Shown here one piece after another: positions 33,744-49,845 of a stretch of DNA of 64,000 nucleotides. A program made the translations under genes and the position numbers. Origin of the DNA: the human T2T-CHM13v2.0 reference genome, Homo sapiens; NCBI GenBank assembly GCA_009914755.4, contig CP068257.2:29792001-29856000 (forward strand), in the 5' to 3' direction. Below the pieces are notes generated by a model, which was given only the letters and a program-made list of their open reading frames with translations, ran no database searches and had not been told where the DNA came from. How positions within the stretch are numbered: the stretch's first letter is position 1; each line of letters starts with the position of its first letter.

Positions 33744-33967
33744 CCAGTGGATCTCAACCAGGGTAATCTTGTGTCCCCCCACCTCCTGCCTCCAGGGGTC
33801 ATTTAGCAATGTCTGGGGACATTTTGGTTGTCCCAGCTAGGAAGGTGTCCTGACCTCTACTGGGCAGAGGCCAAGGCTGCACTGAAATATCCTTCGATAC
33901 TTGGCACAGACTGCACCACAAAGTATCCAGCCCACAATGTCAGTAGTTCAGAAACTGAGAGATCCTG
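33744..33967 (+). mobile_element. hAT-type non-autonomous DNA-transposon relic (MER-family, 'cagtggatctcaacc...' class)
   Basis: cagtggatctcaaccagggtaatcttgtgtccccccacctcctgcctccaggggtcatttagcaatgtctggggacattttggttgtcccagctaggaaggtgtcctgacctctactgggcagaggccaagg...cacaaagtatccagcccacaatgtcagtagttcagaaactgagagatcctg resembles a common MER element of the (cagtggttctcaacc...gggacatttggcaatgtctggagacatttttggttgtcacaactggg...) type. Confidence 0.4.
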
Positions 33968-34120
33968 AGATAGGCAAGTCCCCTTGTTACCCAACTAAAA
34001 CTGTACTAGACCAGGGGACTAGGGAGGCTACTGAGGCCTGAAGGCACAGGAAGTCAGACACCTTGTATTACAACCCTCCACACTGTGGGCTACCCTAACA
34101 CATGAGGTTCGATAAAACAA

Positions 34121-34458
<338 letters not shown>

Positions 34459-35089
34459 TTACCGAGATAGATCACAATATATATTTCTAAGTCTGAACTA
34501 TTCCCTCAATGTATTCTTCTTGGGAAACTGTACTTACCAGACACTGTCCAACTGAAGAATTTACCTGCTTAGCAGACCTGTCTCTGAATGACAGCACCTG
34601 CGCTGATTTAGACAATGGGCACCTGCATCCTTGGGAACCCTTTACTCTAATGGGAGCGACTGACAATGAATACGTCCATGAGAAAGAGTCAGGTGGCCAT
34701 GAGTGCCATGACGAGAACAGAGCCGGAACAGGAAGGGGAGGGGAGGGAGGGGTCTGGGGAGAGGGCTGCTACTTCAGCTTAGGTTCTCAGGGAAGCCTGT
34801 CCGGGGAGGCGATATTTGAGCCAAGACCTGAAGGAAGTGAATGGCTAGCCAGGCAGAGCTTGGAAGGAGAGTATTGGGGGCATGCAGTGGGAAGGCCTGT
34901 AGCAGGGGCACGCTGCGTGTATTCTAGTCCCAGAAGAAAGGCCTCTGAAGTGCCCTAAATGAGGAGGACAGGAGGTGAGAGAGAGGCGGGGCCAAATCCC
35001 TTGAGGCCTCCTAGTCCCAGCAGAAAGTCTAGCTTTCAAACAAACTATAATGGGAAGCCATTGGAAGTTCAACCGGAGGAGTAAGGAGA

Positions 35090-35120
35090 CTTGATTGCTA
35101 TTGATTGATTGATTGATTGA
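35090..35120. repeat. (GATT)n tetranucleotide repeat next to an Alu tail
   Basis: attgattgattgattgattgac. Confidence 0.85.
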
Positions 35121-35334
35121 CTGAGACAGGGTCTTGTTCTGTCACCCAGGCTGACTGCAGATCAAAGCTCACTGTGGCCTCAACCTCCCAGGCTCACACG
35201 ATCCTCCCACCTCAGCCTCCTGAGTAACTAGGACTACAGGCACGTGCCACCATGCCCAGTTAATTTTTTTTATTTTTTCATAGAGATTGTCTGGCTATGT
35301 TGCCCAGGCTGGTCTTGAACTTCTGGATGCAAAC
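35121..35334 (-). mobile_element. Partial, diverged Alu (minus)
   Basis: ctgagacagggtcttgttctgtcacccaggctgactgcagatcaaagctcactgtggcctcaacctcccaggctcacacgatcctcccacctcagcctcctgagtaactaggactacaggcacgtgccaccatgcccag...tgttgcccaggctggtcttgaacttctgg. Confidence 0.8.
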
Positions 35335-36328
35335 TATTCAGATCCCTCTAGCTATTCTGTGGAGAATGGACATTATGCAGGCAAGAAGGAAGAAGAAAAC
35401 CAACTGAGAGGCAACTGCATTAAGAATTTTACTGAAAATCAAAACCACCCAAAAAGAGAAATATCTGCCATTGATAAAGATATTCCAAAGAAGAATTCAC
35501 TCCTAAAAGCTATTTCAAAAGAAGAGAAAAGGCCCCAGATGTTTAATTATTAGTGGTCTCTTTCCAGTAAGGGTGCTGGGCAGTGTTGCCTCCCCACCCT
35601 AGATGGCGTCCGCAACCAGAAACTCTGGTGTGAAGCTATTAATAACTTTCTCCAACAGGCTGGGACTCTGGGATTTTACCATCAGGGGGTGGTGAAGAGC
35701 ACCCACCACCTGGGAGAAGCCTGGCCAGAGGGAGCAATGCACAAGGAACTTTTGGACCAGAGTAAGAGTGAATATAAGCTCAGATCTGCGTGGTATACTC
35801 TCTCTCATATTTTATTTGTGTTCTTGAGTGTTCTGGTCTCCCAGTCTTCAAAGAGCCAACTGGAGCCGGATGGTGCATGGGAAAAACGGAGGCTGAGACT
35901 CTCAGCCTGAGGTTCCATTATCTTCCCCTCTTTTTCCTCAGGGTGCTTTTCCTCATACTTATTATTCCCAGCCAGCATGGCAACAAGGTCCATGGGGGAC
36001 CCACACCCAGATTACAGTGTGGATCTAGAAAATGCACCAAGGAAGCTCCTCTGCAGGTTTTAAACAAGCCCCAGGTCAGTCTAGCACGTGGTAGACTCCA
36101 ACTCCCCAGGAAGTTAGCCTGAGACCTGAAGCTGAAGCCACTGCCCATTTTAAGGAGTTTGTCCTCTCCTCCCTGACAAACCCCAGGCAGTAGTGGGTGG
36201 GTGGTCAAGCATCAGAGGATGATCCCCTGTCCCTGCCTTTCTTCTACCATCTCCTTCGACCACACACACATAAAGGCAGGTAGCAAAACCCCACAATCTG
36301 TGCACCACTCCGGAAGTGCCACTGTTCA

Positions 36329-36697
<369 letters not shown>

Positions 36698-37187
36698 TTA
36701 AGCTTCACACTTCAAAGACTGTTAATTACACATTATGACACCAATTATATCTGAATGCATTATAAAACAGAATCTTTGGTAAGCTATTTTACTGTTTTAA
36801 TTCTTTTCTTCCACCATTTTTAATAATTAAACTCCTGTTTTTATATTAAGATGCAATTAAAAAAGAAAAGTCCTTTAAATTTTCAATCTATTTCATTTTT
36901 TTTACATAAAGAATTCAATAGCCATCCATTATAATGTAGCACACAATATAGCCAAAGGAAAAATGAATAACTTAGATAAAACAAGATGAATTCCATTTAG
37001 GGGGAAAAAATACAAGTCTACGTATTTTGAAAGCCCTTAGCATGAAATAGTCAATTAAAATATGGGGAACTCCCGACCAAACACAGATAAAACAAACCAC
37101 ATGGTAGCATACTCCTATGAAAGAGAAAGCTTTACTCTGTAAAAGAAGAGGGCACAGCGAATCGGGTCTCAAAATGCTGAATTTGAG

Positions 37188-37522
<335 letters not shown>

Positions 37523-37659
37523 TCAATTATCGATGAAGTAAAAGGACACCATTATTTAGTGTGAGCCTACCCATGCTGAATTACATTTCAAATATAAGGA
37601 TAATGTCTCACATGTACAAGAGTAAACAAGGAAAATTAAATAATTTTGATCCTTTTGTG

Positions 37660-37951
37660 TGTGTGTGAGAGACCTGATCTTGCTCTATTGCCCAAGCTGG
37701 AGTGCAGTAGTGTGATCATGGCTCACTGCAGCCTCAACTTCCCAGACTCAGGTGATTTTCCCACCTCAGCCTCCCGGCCAGCTGGGACCACAGGCATGCG
37801 CTACTATGCCTGGCTAATTTTTCTATATTTTTGTAGAGACGGGGTCTCTCCGTGTTGCCCAGGCTGGTCTCGAACTCCTGGGCTCAAGCGATCCTCCCGC
37901 CTCAGCCTCCCAAAGTGCCGGGATTACAGGCATGGGCCACCATGTGCAGCC
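37660..37951 (-). mobile_element. Alu SINE (minus), (GT)n-modified tail
   Basis: ccttttgtgtgtgtgtgagagacctgatcttgctctattgcccaagctggagtgcagtagtg ... gggattacaggcatgggccaccatgtgcagcc. Confidence 0.9.
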
Positions 37952-38477
37952 AGTTTTGATACTTTAAAGCCACAGTTTGTGAGCTACAAACTTCACATTC
38001 ACATGTACTAAGACTGAACAATGTGTCGGGGACGAGAAGTATTCCTGTGTGATCCATCTACTACAGCCTTATTCATCCTTTGTTTCTCTTCTAACCCAAA
38101 GATCAGCAAACTTTTTTTTAAAATAAAGGGCCAAATAGTAACGATCTCAGGCTTTATAGGCCATATTTCACAACTACTCAACTCTGCTGTTGTAACAAGA
38201 AAGCGCAGCTATAAATAACAGGTACACAAAGGAGTATGGCTGTGTTCCAAATAAAACTTTATTTACAAAAACAGGCCCATGGGCTGTGATTTGCTGACCC
38301 CTGTTCTAGTTCTCAGGGTGCTAGAAAGGAGGAGTGAAGCAGAGATACACTTAAGACACTCCTGAAAGAACACAGTAGGAATAAGCAAAGAGATCCAGTT
38401 GATCCTAATGTATCCACCAGGCATAGCCGATTACACCCAGGAGTATTCTTGTAAGACAAAAACCAAGTCGAGAGATA

Positions 38478-38556
38478 TTAGGTTGGTGCAAAAGTAACTG
38501 TGGTTTTTGCCCCTGAAAGTAATGGAAAAACTGCAATTACTTCTGCACCAATCTAA
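38478..38556. mobile_element. MADE1 (hsmar1-derived 80-bp MITE), a palindromic element of the kind that gives rise to mir-548 family hairpins
   Basis: ttaggttggtgcaaaagtaactgtggtttttgcccctgaaagtaatggaaaaactgcaattacttctgcaccaatctaa, compared with the MADE1 consensus ttaggttggtgcaaaagtaattgcggtttttgccattaaaagtaatggcaaaaaccgcaattacttttgcaccaacctaa. Confidence 0.8.
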
Positions 38557-38686
38557 TACCAGGGAGGCATCATTTCTCAACAACCACAACTCTCAAGACA
38601 CGAGGGCCTCTCCCTCACAGAAGCAGCAACATTCCATCATGGGGTTTGTCCCCTGAACTGCATATCCACTGGAGATTCTATAGTGA

Positions 38687-39029
<343 letters not shown>

Positions 39030-39501
39030 AGCCTGCCTCTTCTTATGTCTAGCAGCACACCAGGGCTGGGGACGCAGGCTGTGGTCACCAATTCAAAAGA
39101 GGTAACTGCTCTACCAGGGAGTGACCTTACCCAGGAACTAATCAACAACTCGATGAGAGCTCAAGACATAAGCCTTTCGACTCCAGCTTTGAACTCTTAC
39201 CTGCCGAAGGGCCGAGAAGAGCCCACTGAGCCCAGAGCAGCCGTGATCAACCACTGTCACTTCACAAACCCCAAATACATGGGTTCTTCCTTCTCGTGGA
39301 CACATCTTCCTCTCACACTTCACACTCCGCCCGGAGCAAACCCTGTCAATTCAACCCTCAAAGGGTTCCAGAATCTGCTGCATCTCCATCGCCAGCAGCC
39401 CATTGCCAGTACCAGCTACATCGCCAGCACCCTCATCACTGTCACCTCCTAATTGGTCTCCCTGACTTTGCTCTTGCCTCACTTCCAACAGAATATTGTC
39501 A

Positions 39502-39812
<311 letters not shown>

Positions 39813-40412
39813 AATAGGGGGTGAAAATCAACAAACAGCAGGCACAGATTTGGGGCTAGATAATAGACAAATAAGTGAAAAAGCAAATTTATTCACATAC
39901 CCTTGATGCCCCTAGAAAGTCCTTCAAAGCACATGACAGGGCGTATATGAAAGTGTAAACTGCTCACCATATGACCGTCAGGCTTCTGAAGCTGTTTACA
40001 TCTGGAATGCGACCATCAACCTGGAAGGTAAGAAAAACAAACAAACAAAAAAACTTCTGAGTGACAAACAGCTTCCACAAAGCCCATCCATTTTATTCCA
40101 CAGAAGAAAAAGAAGTGCGTCATTTATAAAACTCTACCAGAGGAGGCAACAGCCATCGCTAATAACAGAGGAAAGAAACAAAGGCCGTAAAATTAGAAGC
40201 AGAGGAGCAGAACCATCCAGGACCTTGAAATAAAGATGGAGTCCACACAGAGTCAACCCCGGCACATCACCCTAACAGCCTTCTACAGTAACAATATTCC
40301 TAGGTCGGCAACACAGGCTCAACCAGGCTCAGAATCCTGTTCAAGGACACAAGATGAGTAATACGTTTTTATTCTATTTTTATTTTTATTTTCTTAAGAT
40401 GGTTAAAATTGC

Positions 40413-40545
40413 ACCAGGCGCAGTGGTTCACACCCTAATCCCAGCATCTTGAGAGGCTGAGGCTGGCAGATCACTTGACCCCAGGAGTTCAAGACCAGTC
40501 TCGGCAACACGGCAAAACGCTGTCTCTACAAAAAATAAAAATACA
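40413..40545 (+). mobile_element. Free left Alu monomer (FLAM-like)
   Basis: caccaggcgcagtggttcacaccctaatcccagcatcttgagaggctgaggctggcagatcacttgaccccaggagttcaagaccagtctcggcaacacggcaaaacgctgtctctacaaaaaataaaaatacag, a left-arm-only unit with an A-rich end. Confidence 0.7.
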
Positions 40546-40848
40546 GGCCGGGTGCGGTGGCTCACGCCTGTAATCCTAGCACTTTGGAAGGCCGAGGTGG
40601 GTGGATCACTCGAGGTCAGAAGTTCAAGACCAGCCTGGCCAACATGGTGAAACCCTGTCTCTACTAAAGATACAAAAATTAGCCAGGCGTGGGGGCATGC
40701 ACCTGTAATCCCAACTACTTGGGTGGCTGAGGCAGGAGACTCCCTTGAACTCGGGAGGCGGAGATTGCAGTGAGCCAAGATCGAGTCACTGCACTCCAGC
40801 CTGGGTGATAGAGCAAGCTTCCGTCTCGGGAAAAAAAAAAAAAAAAAA
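40546..40848 (+). mobile_element. Alu SINE
   Basis: ggccgggtgcggtggctcacgcctgtaatcctagcactttggaaggccgaggtgggtggatcactcgagg... A18 tail. Confidence 0.9.
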
Positions 40849-41035
40849 GCCAGATGCGGTGGCTCACACCTGTAATCCCAGCACTTTGAGAGGCTGAGAC
40901 ACGAGAATTGATTGAACCCAGGAGGCGGAGGTTGCAATAAGCTGAGATGGCACCGCCGCACTCCAGCTTGGGGGACAGAGTGAGACTCTGCCTAAAAAAA
41001 TAAAAATAAATTTAAAAATAAAAATGAAAAATATC
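40849..41035 (+). mobile_element. Alu with a large internal deletion
   Basis: gccagatgcggtggctcacacctgtaatcccagcactttgagaggctgagacacgagaattgattgaacccaggaggcggaggttgcaataagctgagatgg...ctgcctaaaaaaataaaaataaa. The left-arm start joins directly to right-arm 3' sequence. Confidence 0.75.
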
Positions 41036-41200
41036 AGCCTGGTGCAGTGGTATGCAACTGTAGTCCCAGCGACTAGGAAGGCTGCGGTGAGAGGATTCCC
41101 TCAACCTGGGAGGTCAAGGCTGCAGTGAACGGTGATTGCGTGATTGCACCACAGCACTCCAGCCTGGGCGACAGAGCAAGAACCTGTCTCAAAAAAAAAT
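41036..41200 (+). mobile_element. Alu right-arm fragment
   Basis: gcctggtgcagtggtatgcaactgtagtcccagcgactaggaaggctgcggtgagaggattccctcaacctgggaggtcaaggctgcagtgaacggtgattgc...cactccagcctgggcgacagagcaagaacctgtctcaaaaaaaaa. Confidence 0.65.
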
Positions 41201-41227
41201 TTTTCTTTTCAAAGCTAATATATTCTT

Positions 41228-41388
41228 ATTTTATTTTATTATTTTTATTTATTTATTTATTTTTAGTGCAGAGTGCAGTGGCAAGATCTGTAGTCTTGAA
41301 CTCCAAAGCTCAAACGATCCTCCCACCGCAGCCTCCCAAGTAGCTGGGACTACAGGCATGTGCCACTATGCTTGGTTAAAAGCTAATA
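41228..41388 (-). mobile_element. Partial Alu (minus) with a T/A-rich tail, flanked by a 16-bp direct repeat
   Basis: ...tttttagtgcagagtgcagtggcaagatctgtagtcttgaactccaaagctcaaacgatcctcccaccgcagcctcccaagtagctgggactacaggcatgtgccactatgcttgg. Direct repeat 'aaagctaatatattct' at 41212-41227 and 41389-41404. Confidence 0.7.
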
Positions 41389-41457
41389 TATTCTCTTAAT
41401 AAGGGAGGGAACAGCTTTCAAAGAAAGACAGAATTAAGATGAATGAGTAAAAGCTGA

Positions 41458-41990
<533 letters not shown>

Positions 41991-42104
41991 TTCTTACAGG
42001 TCTTGATATTCAGGCGAGGTTGAACTAGAGGTCCTTGAGGATCCCAATCAATTCCAAGGTTTTATGATGGGTCATGTCAAAGCAAAAAATTATTCTGACA
42101 TTTT

Positions 42105-42620
42105 TTACAAATGGTAAGGCAGACTTTATTTAGGATTACAACAACAGGTGTCAAGGTCATTGCAATAGGGAGAAAGATTGGGCTCAACTCCAAATACAGC
42201 AAAGACGTCTGGAGATCAGTAGCCAATGAGCCGGGGAGGCGTCTGTGGAGGGGAAATTACTAAGAAGAGATATTAAAGTCAGGGGGATTCTTGCTAAATC
42301 AACTTAACAGGATTCCTGCTGAAGGCAGGTTGACTTAGACAACAAGGATAGGGACAAGGAACTTGATCAGGTGTGATCAGATATCCAGAATAAAGGATAT
42401 CTCTCTAAACTCATCTAGCAGCTCTCTAACTTTAGCAGGATTCTTGCTAAAACTAACTGGGAAGGCCTGGAAGGTGGGGGTGGGCTAACGGCCTAGCTGA
42501 GAAGGGGGCTCAGAGAAGCCGGATTCAAGTTTGGTCAAGGAGCAAGTCTTCATCAGTAATAGTAACTCCAGGGAACAGAGGTCCTGATACCTCGAGGTGG
42601 TGCCCAAGGCAACAGGGAAG
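42105..42620. repeat. Second, uninterrupted copy of the unclassified interspersed repeat also seen at 18070-18800
   Basis: gggagaaagattgggctcaactccaaatacagcaaagacg...aattactaagaagagatattaaagtcaggggg gattcttgctaaatc...ggaacttgatcaggtgtgatcagatatccagaataaaggat...agcaggattcttgctaaaac...gggctcagagaagccggattcaagttt. Confidence 0.4.
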
Positions 42621-43112
42621 TACTAGCCAGAGCAAAGAGCAGAATCCAGACGTCCTGGCCCGAAGCTCAGTGGGGTGAGTTGTAGCTGGTGCCCAGTAAT
42701 ACCTGACACCACATAACACCTTCTAGTTTCTCCATTTCTTCCCGCGTATAATTGCGCTTTTTTGCAAAATCTAGAAATGGCCGTTTCTAAACATCAAGCT
42801 ACCGTACAATAAGGGGAAACTACCTTTGCACATAATGCCATGTGAGCAATTTATATACAATTCCCTGTGATATTGAGGCAGATTGATTCATCATCATGAA
42901 GACAATGAGGCTTTTCAAAGTGGCCTTGTAATGACAGGCATATAAATAAAATAGGCCAAAAAAAAAAAAAAACTGAAACTAAAAGACTGGATTTAAAAGC
43001 CTCTGGCAAAAACCAGGAAGCTTGCGATCACTAACAGAATTACTAAACTACCCTAGCAAAGTTAAACAAAGTTCCATAATCCCCAAATCCAAAGGAGAGC
43101 ATTTAAAGCTGA

Positions 43113-43785
<673 letters not shown>

Positions 43786-44085
43786 AGGCCAGGTGCGGCA
43801 GCTCATGCCTGTAATCCTAGCACTTTAGGAGGCCAAGGCAGGTGGGGGGATCACGAGGTCAGGAGTTTGAGACCAGCCTGGCCAACATGGTGAAACCCTG
43901 TCTATGCTAAAAATATGAAAATTAGCTGGACGTGGTGGTGGGCACCTGTAATCCCAGCTACTCAGGAGACTGAGGCAGGAGAATTGCTTGAACCTGGGAG
44001 GTGGAGGTTGCAGTGAGCCAGGATCATCACACCATTGCACTCCACCCTGGGCGACAAGAGCGAAACTCTTAAAAAAAAAAAAAAA
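43786..44085 (+). mobile_element. Alu SINE
   Basis: aggccaggtgcggcagctcatgcctgtaatcctagcactttaggaggccaaggcaggtggggggatcacgaggtcaggagtttgagacc... A15 tail. Confidence 0.9.
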
Positions 44086-44173
44086 GTAGAAATAAATAAA
44101 ACGACACAGCTGCCTTTCTTGATCTCAAAAGTGCGATCTACTTGCTGGGCAGAGGTTATTTAAGAATCCAGAA

Positions 44174-44799
<626 letters not shown>

Positions 44800-45065
44800 T
44801 CAGATTGCCCTTCAGATGACTTTTCCTCTTTTTCCTCTGGGATCTGTGCCTGGGAGGCTGCCCTTCCACACTTTCTGGCCCTGGGGAGGCACCACGGGCA
44901 GGGATGACTGTCGGAAGAGGGTCAAGACAGTAGGAACACTGACCCCCTGCTTCCTCCCCACAGCAGCACCTGGAGGTCTCTCGATCACAAGTCCCTTTTT
45001 CTCTCAGGCTTCAGTTCTAGGGAACAAAGGGGCTTCCTCCTGCTGCCCCAGTGGAACCAATCCCT

Positions 45066-45385
45066 TTTTTTTTTTTTTTTTTTTTGAGACAGGGTCTCAT
45101 TCTGTCACCCAGGCTGGAGTACAGTGGCACGATCATAGTTCACTGCAGCCTTGAACTCCCGTGCTGAGCTTACATGATCTTGCCCCTCAGCCTCCCAAGT
45201 AGCTGGGACTACAGGCACACGCCACCACACCATACCTGGCTAATCTGGGAAGCAGCAGGGGGGTTGGTAGAGAAAGGGTCTCATTATGTTGCCCAGGCTG
45301 GTCTCAAACTCCAGGGCTCAAGCAATCCTCCTGCCTCAGCCTCCCAAAGTGCTGAGATTAGAGGTGTGAGCCACTGCACCCAGCC
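45066..45385 (-). mobile_element. Alu SINE (minus), older
   Basis: A T22 run, then gagacagggtctcattctgtcacccaggctggagtacagtgg ... ctgagattagaggtgtgagccactgcacccagcc. Confidence 0.9.
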
Positions 45386-45532
45386 TGTCTGCTTTTCTTA
45401 ACTCCGTGAAAACACTTTCTCTCGTGACTCTCTTCTGTCACCTGTGAGTGTGCGATATACTTTCCTGCCAAGCCTCTGACTGACAACAGTAGAAGAAGAA
45501 GAGGGGCAGAGAATTTAACATTCAATTTTCTG

Positions 45533-45849
<317 letters not shown>

Positions 45850-45986
45850 CTATCTTTGCCCTCAATGGAGAGGGAAGAAACAGAGAACCTGATTTTTAAG
45901 CTAGATTTCCAGGCATGGGTAGGGGCAGGTGTGGCGCACTGTCTGAGGAGGCTCCGAGTGTTACGAGTGTCAGTGAAAACCTTGAA

Positions 45987-46288
45987 TTTTTTTTTTTTTT
46001 TTTTCTGAGACACAGTCTGGCTCTGTCACCCAGGCTGGAGTGCAGTGGCGCGATCTCAGCTCACTGCAACCCCTGGCCCCCTAGGTTCAAGTGATTCTCC
46101 TGCCTCAGCCTCTCAAGTAGCTGGGACTACAGGTGTGTGCCACCACACCTGGCCAATTTTTATATTTTTGGTAGAGACAGGGTTTCACCATATTGGCCAG
46201 GCTGGGCTCAAACTCCTAACCTCAGGCGATCTGCCCACCTCAGCCTCCCATAGTGCTGGGATTACAGGTGTGAGCTCCCACGCCAGGC
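45987..46288 (-). mobile_element. Alu SINE (minus), first of two tandem minus-strand Alus
   Basis: A T18 run, then ctgagacacagtctggctctgtcacccaggctggagtgcagtggcgcg ... gggattacaggtgtgagctcccacgccaggc. Confidence 0.9.
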
Positions 46289-46302
46289 TGAAAACTTCAA
46301 AT

Positions 46303-46616
<314 letters not shown>

Positions 46617-47572
46617 TAAAACCTCGAATTTTCTACACAAAATTGTGTGTATGTGTGCATTTTTCTGAAAAGAGAAATCCAGAAAGGAAAAGGTCAAAAT
46701 GTTTCTATATCCTCAAAAGGTGACCAAAAATTTTAAGAGACAATGCTGCCGGGAAAACCATGTAGAAACAGCCACTGTCTCCCCAGGAGAAGAGAGAGGA
46801 ACCGGCAGGTGGTGGGTACCCAGGTCAGCTCCATGAGCAGGAATGCCACCTCTTCCCTTGCCAAGGGGAGCTGGGCTGGAGGAAGGACCAGCACCACCCC
46901 TCCAGCCGCCACCCACCCCCGAGGGGGCAGCTGGGATGGTGCGTTCCTGCAAATCTCTCACAGCTCCCTCTCAACACTCAGTGACATTTGCAAAGCTCAT
47001 CAGCCCAGCAGGTGTCGGATGCACAAGCAACAGCAAAAGCAGTTCCGGGGCTGGGGAAAATCTCATCGTGTTGTTCTGAAAACCTCCGGGCTGCTGAGAG
47101 TCTCCAGGCAGCAAACCAGGAGGGAAAAAATACTCAGGAGACAAGAGAACAGCAGAGCGGACCACACAGGAAATGCCCAGGTGGGCACAACGAAGCCCGG
47201 AGCTGTCTGCAGATTCCTGCCCCGGTGGGCATCGGTCAGCCCTTCCGGAGCCCAGATCCGCCCCTCAGGAGCTGTGTGGGGAGGATCAGCGGCCCCCTCC
47301 CACTAGGCTCGGTTCCCCCCTTTACCACACAGACACGATCATTCAGAATGAACCTCATAGGGCTGTTGTGGGGTCAAGGAGAAAATGTGCTTTGCATGTC
47401 ACCAAGACCCAGTAAATGCCTTCAGATGTGTGTTGGGATTAGTATCAGAGCTCTTCTCTGTTTTCTTCCCTGCAGGGGTGATCACGGGTACAAACAAACA
47501 GCAGGTGACAAGGGAGGTTGATGGAATCAACTTCCCAGTTCCACAGGGCCCTTGCCCAAAGGGAGTGGCAAG

Positions 47573-47888
<316 letters not shown>

Positions 47889-48094
47889 GGGAGTGGCAAG
47901 CCAGCCAGGCAATGCCACCTGAGAGGGGCGGGAGCCTTGAGTCCACAGGGAGCCCTACAATGATCTCCATCTCCCATGCTGTGGTCCCTTTTCCAGCTGT
48001 GTCAGTGTCCTCAGCTCAGAGGCACAAGGCTGTTGTGGTTAAGAGCCTGGATGGGGAGCCTCGGTGGACACTTGGTCTTGCCATGAACTGACTG

Positions 48095-48200
48095 GACGGC
48101 CGTGTGCAAGTTATATCATCTCTCTGTGACTTAGTTTCCTCATCCATAAATCAGGATGATCATAATCATAGTACCTGTGTTTCTGTGAGGTTTAAATAAA
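48095..48200 (+). mobile_element. MIR SINE fragment
   Basis: caagttatatcatctctctgtgacttagtttcctcatccataaatcaggatgatcataatcatagtacctgtgtttctgtgaggtttaaataa, the MIR core 'ttaacctctctgtgcctcagtttcctcatctgtaaaatggggataataatagtacctacc'. Confidence 0.45.
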
Positions 48201-48228
48201 TTCAAACAAAGTTATCAGAATAGTGTCT

Positions 48229-48703
<475 letters not shown>

Positions 48704-49132
48704 TTAATGTTCCTAAACTTACAATAGACATGCACATTTCACATAGATTTTCTCATCTGTTAAATGGGGATAATAACAGCATCTAGCTAACAAGATTAGT
48801 GGAGGATTAAGGATTAATATAAGCAGAATGCTTTGAACAGAGCTTGGCATGGCGTACGCATCAGAAATTGTCCTCTGCAGGTATTTTCACCGTCATTACA
48901 GTAATTGATCTGATCTGCTGCAAGTCTTCGCACTCCAGTCAAATGTGGAAATTCTTCCTCACCCCTCACTCAATCCAGGCATCACCTGACCCTGGTACCA
49001 AAGATGCACGGTCTGGAGCTGGCAAGGGAATGGCCTCGGTAAACAGAAAGATGCTGTGGAGTTTCAGGCATTTTCTGGGGTTTTCCCACTCTGTTGTCTT
49101 CCCAGAATTAGTTACTTACAAAAAGAACATGG

Positions 49133-49458
<326 letters not shown>

Positions 49459-49845
49459 TTAGAAGTTGCTGAGTTGCATATTAGATCCCAGGTTGATTTA
49501 AGGTTAATTTTGTTTTTTTTTGCTGTTGGAGTAATTTTCAGGTCACTATGTTGGCTTCTTGGTGGCCCCTGGAGCACAGCTGGCCTCCCGTCAGTCTGAG
49601 GGCCTCATGGAAAATAAACCTTTAGCAGGGGCACACAAGGAAAACAACCGGAAGTGGAGAGAAAAAGTAGCAGGAAAGGGGTCCCAGTACAGTCAAAGAT
49701 CAGCGAGTGAGCCAGGGATTGAGACAATCACTAAATCAGTGGCCTCCACTGTCCGTAACAAAGTCTGAAATAAGTTCCATAAAATCACTATTTTCCCCTC
49801 CTCTGTCACCTTAGCTGGTGCCGCCCTGCACTGGAGACTTGCAGA

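Noticed and set aside
34509-34958. 149-aa ORF in unique, G-rich sequence
   Set aside because: G-rich low-complexity translation (GTGRGGEGGVWGEG). It overlaps antisense ORFs, has no start context, and I did not recognise a domain. Most likely non-coding. It might belong to an old repeat I could not place.
40428-40961. 177-aa minus-strand ORF
   Set aside because: Lies entirely within three consecutive Alus (the peptides [12 protein letters not shown] and [13 protein letters not shown] are Alu-derived).
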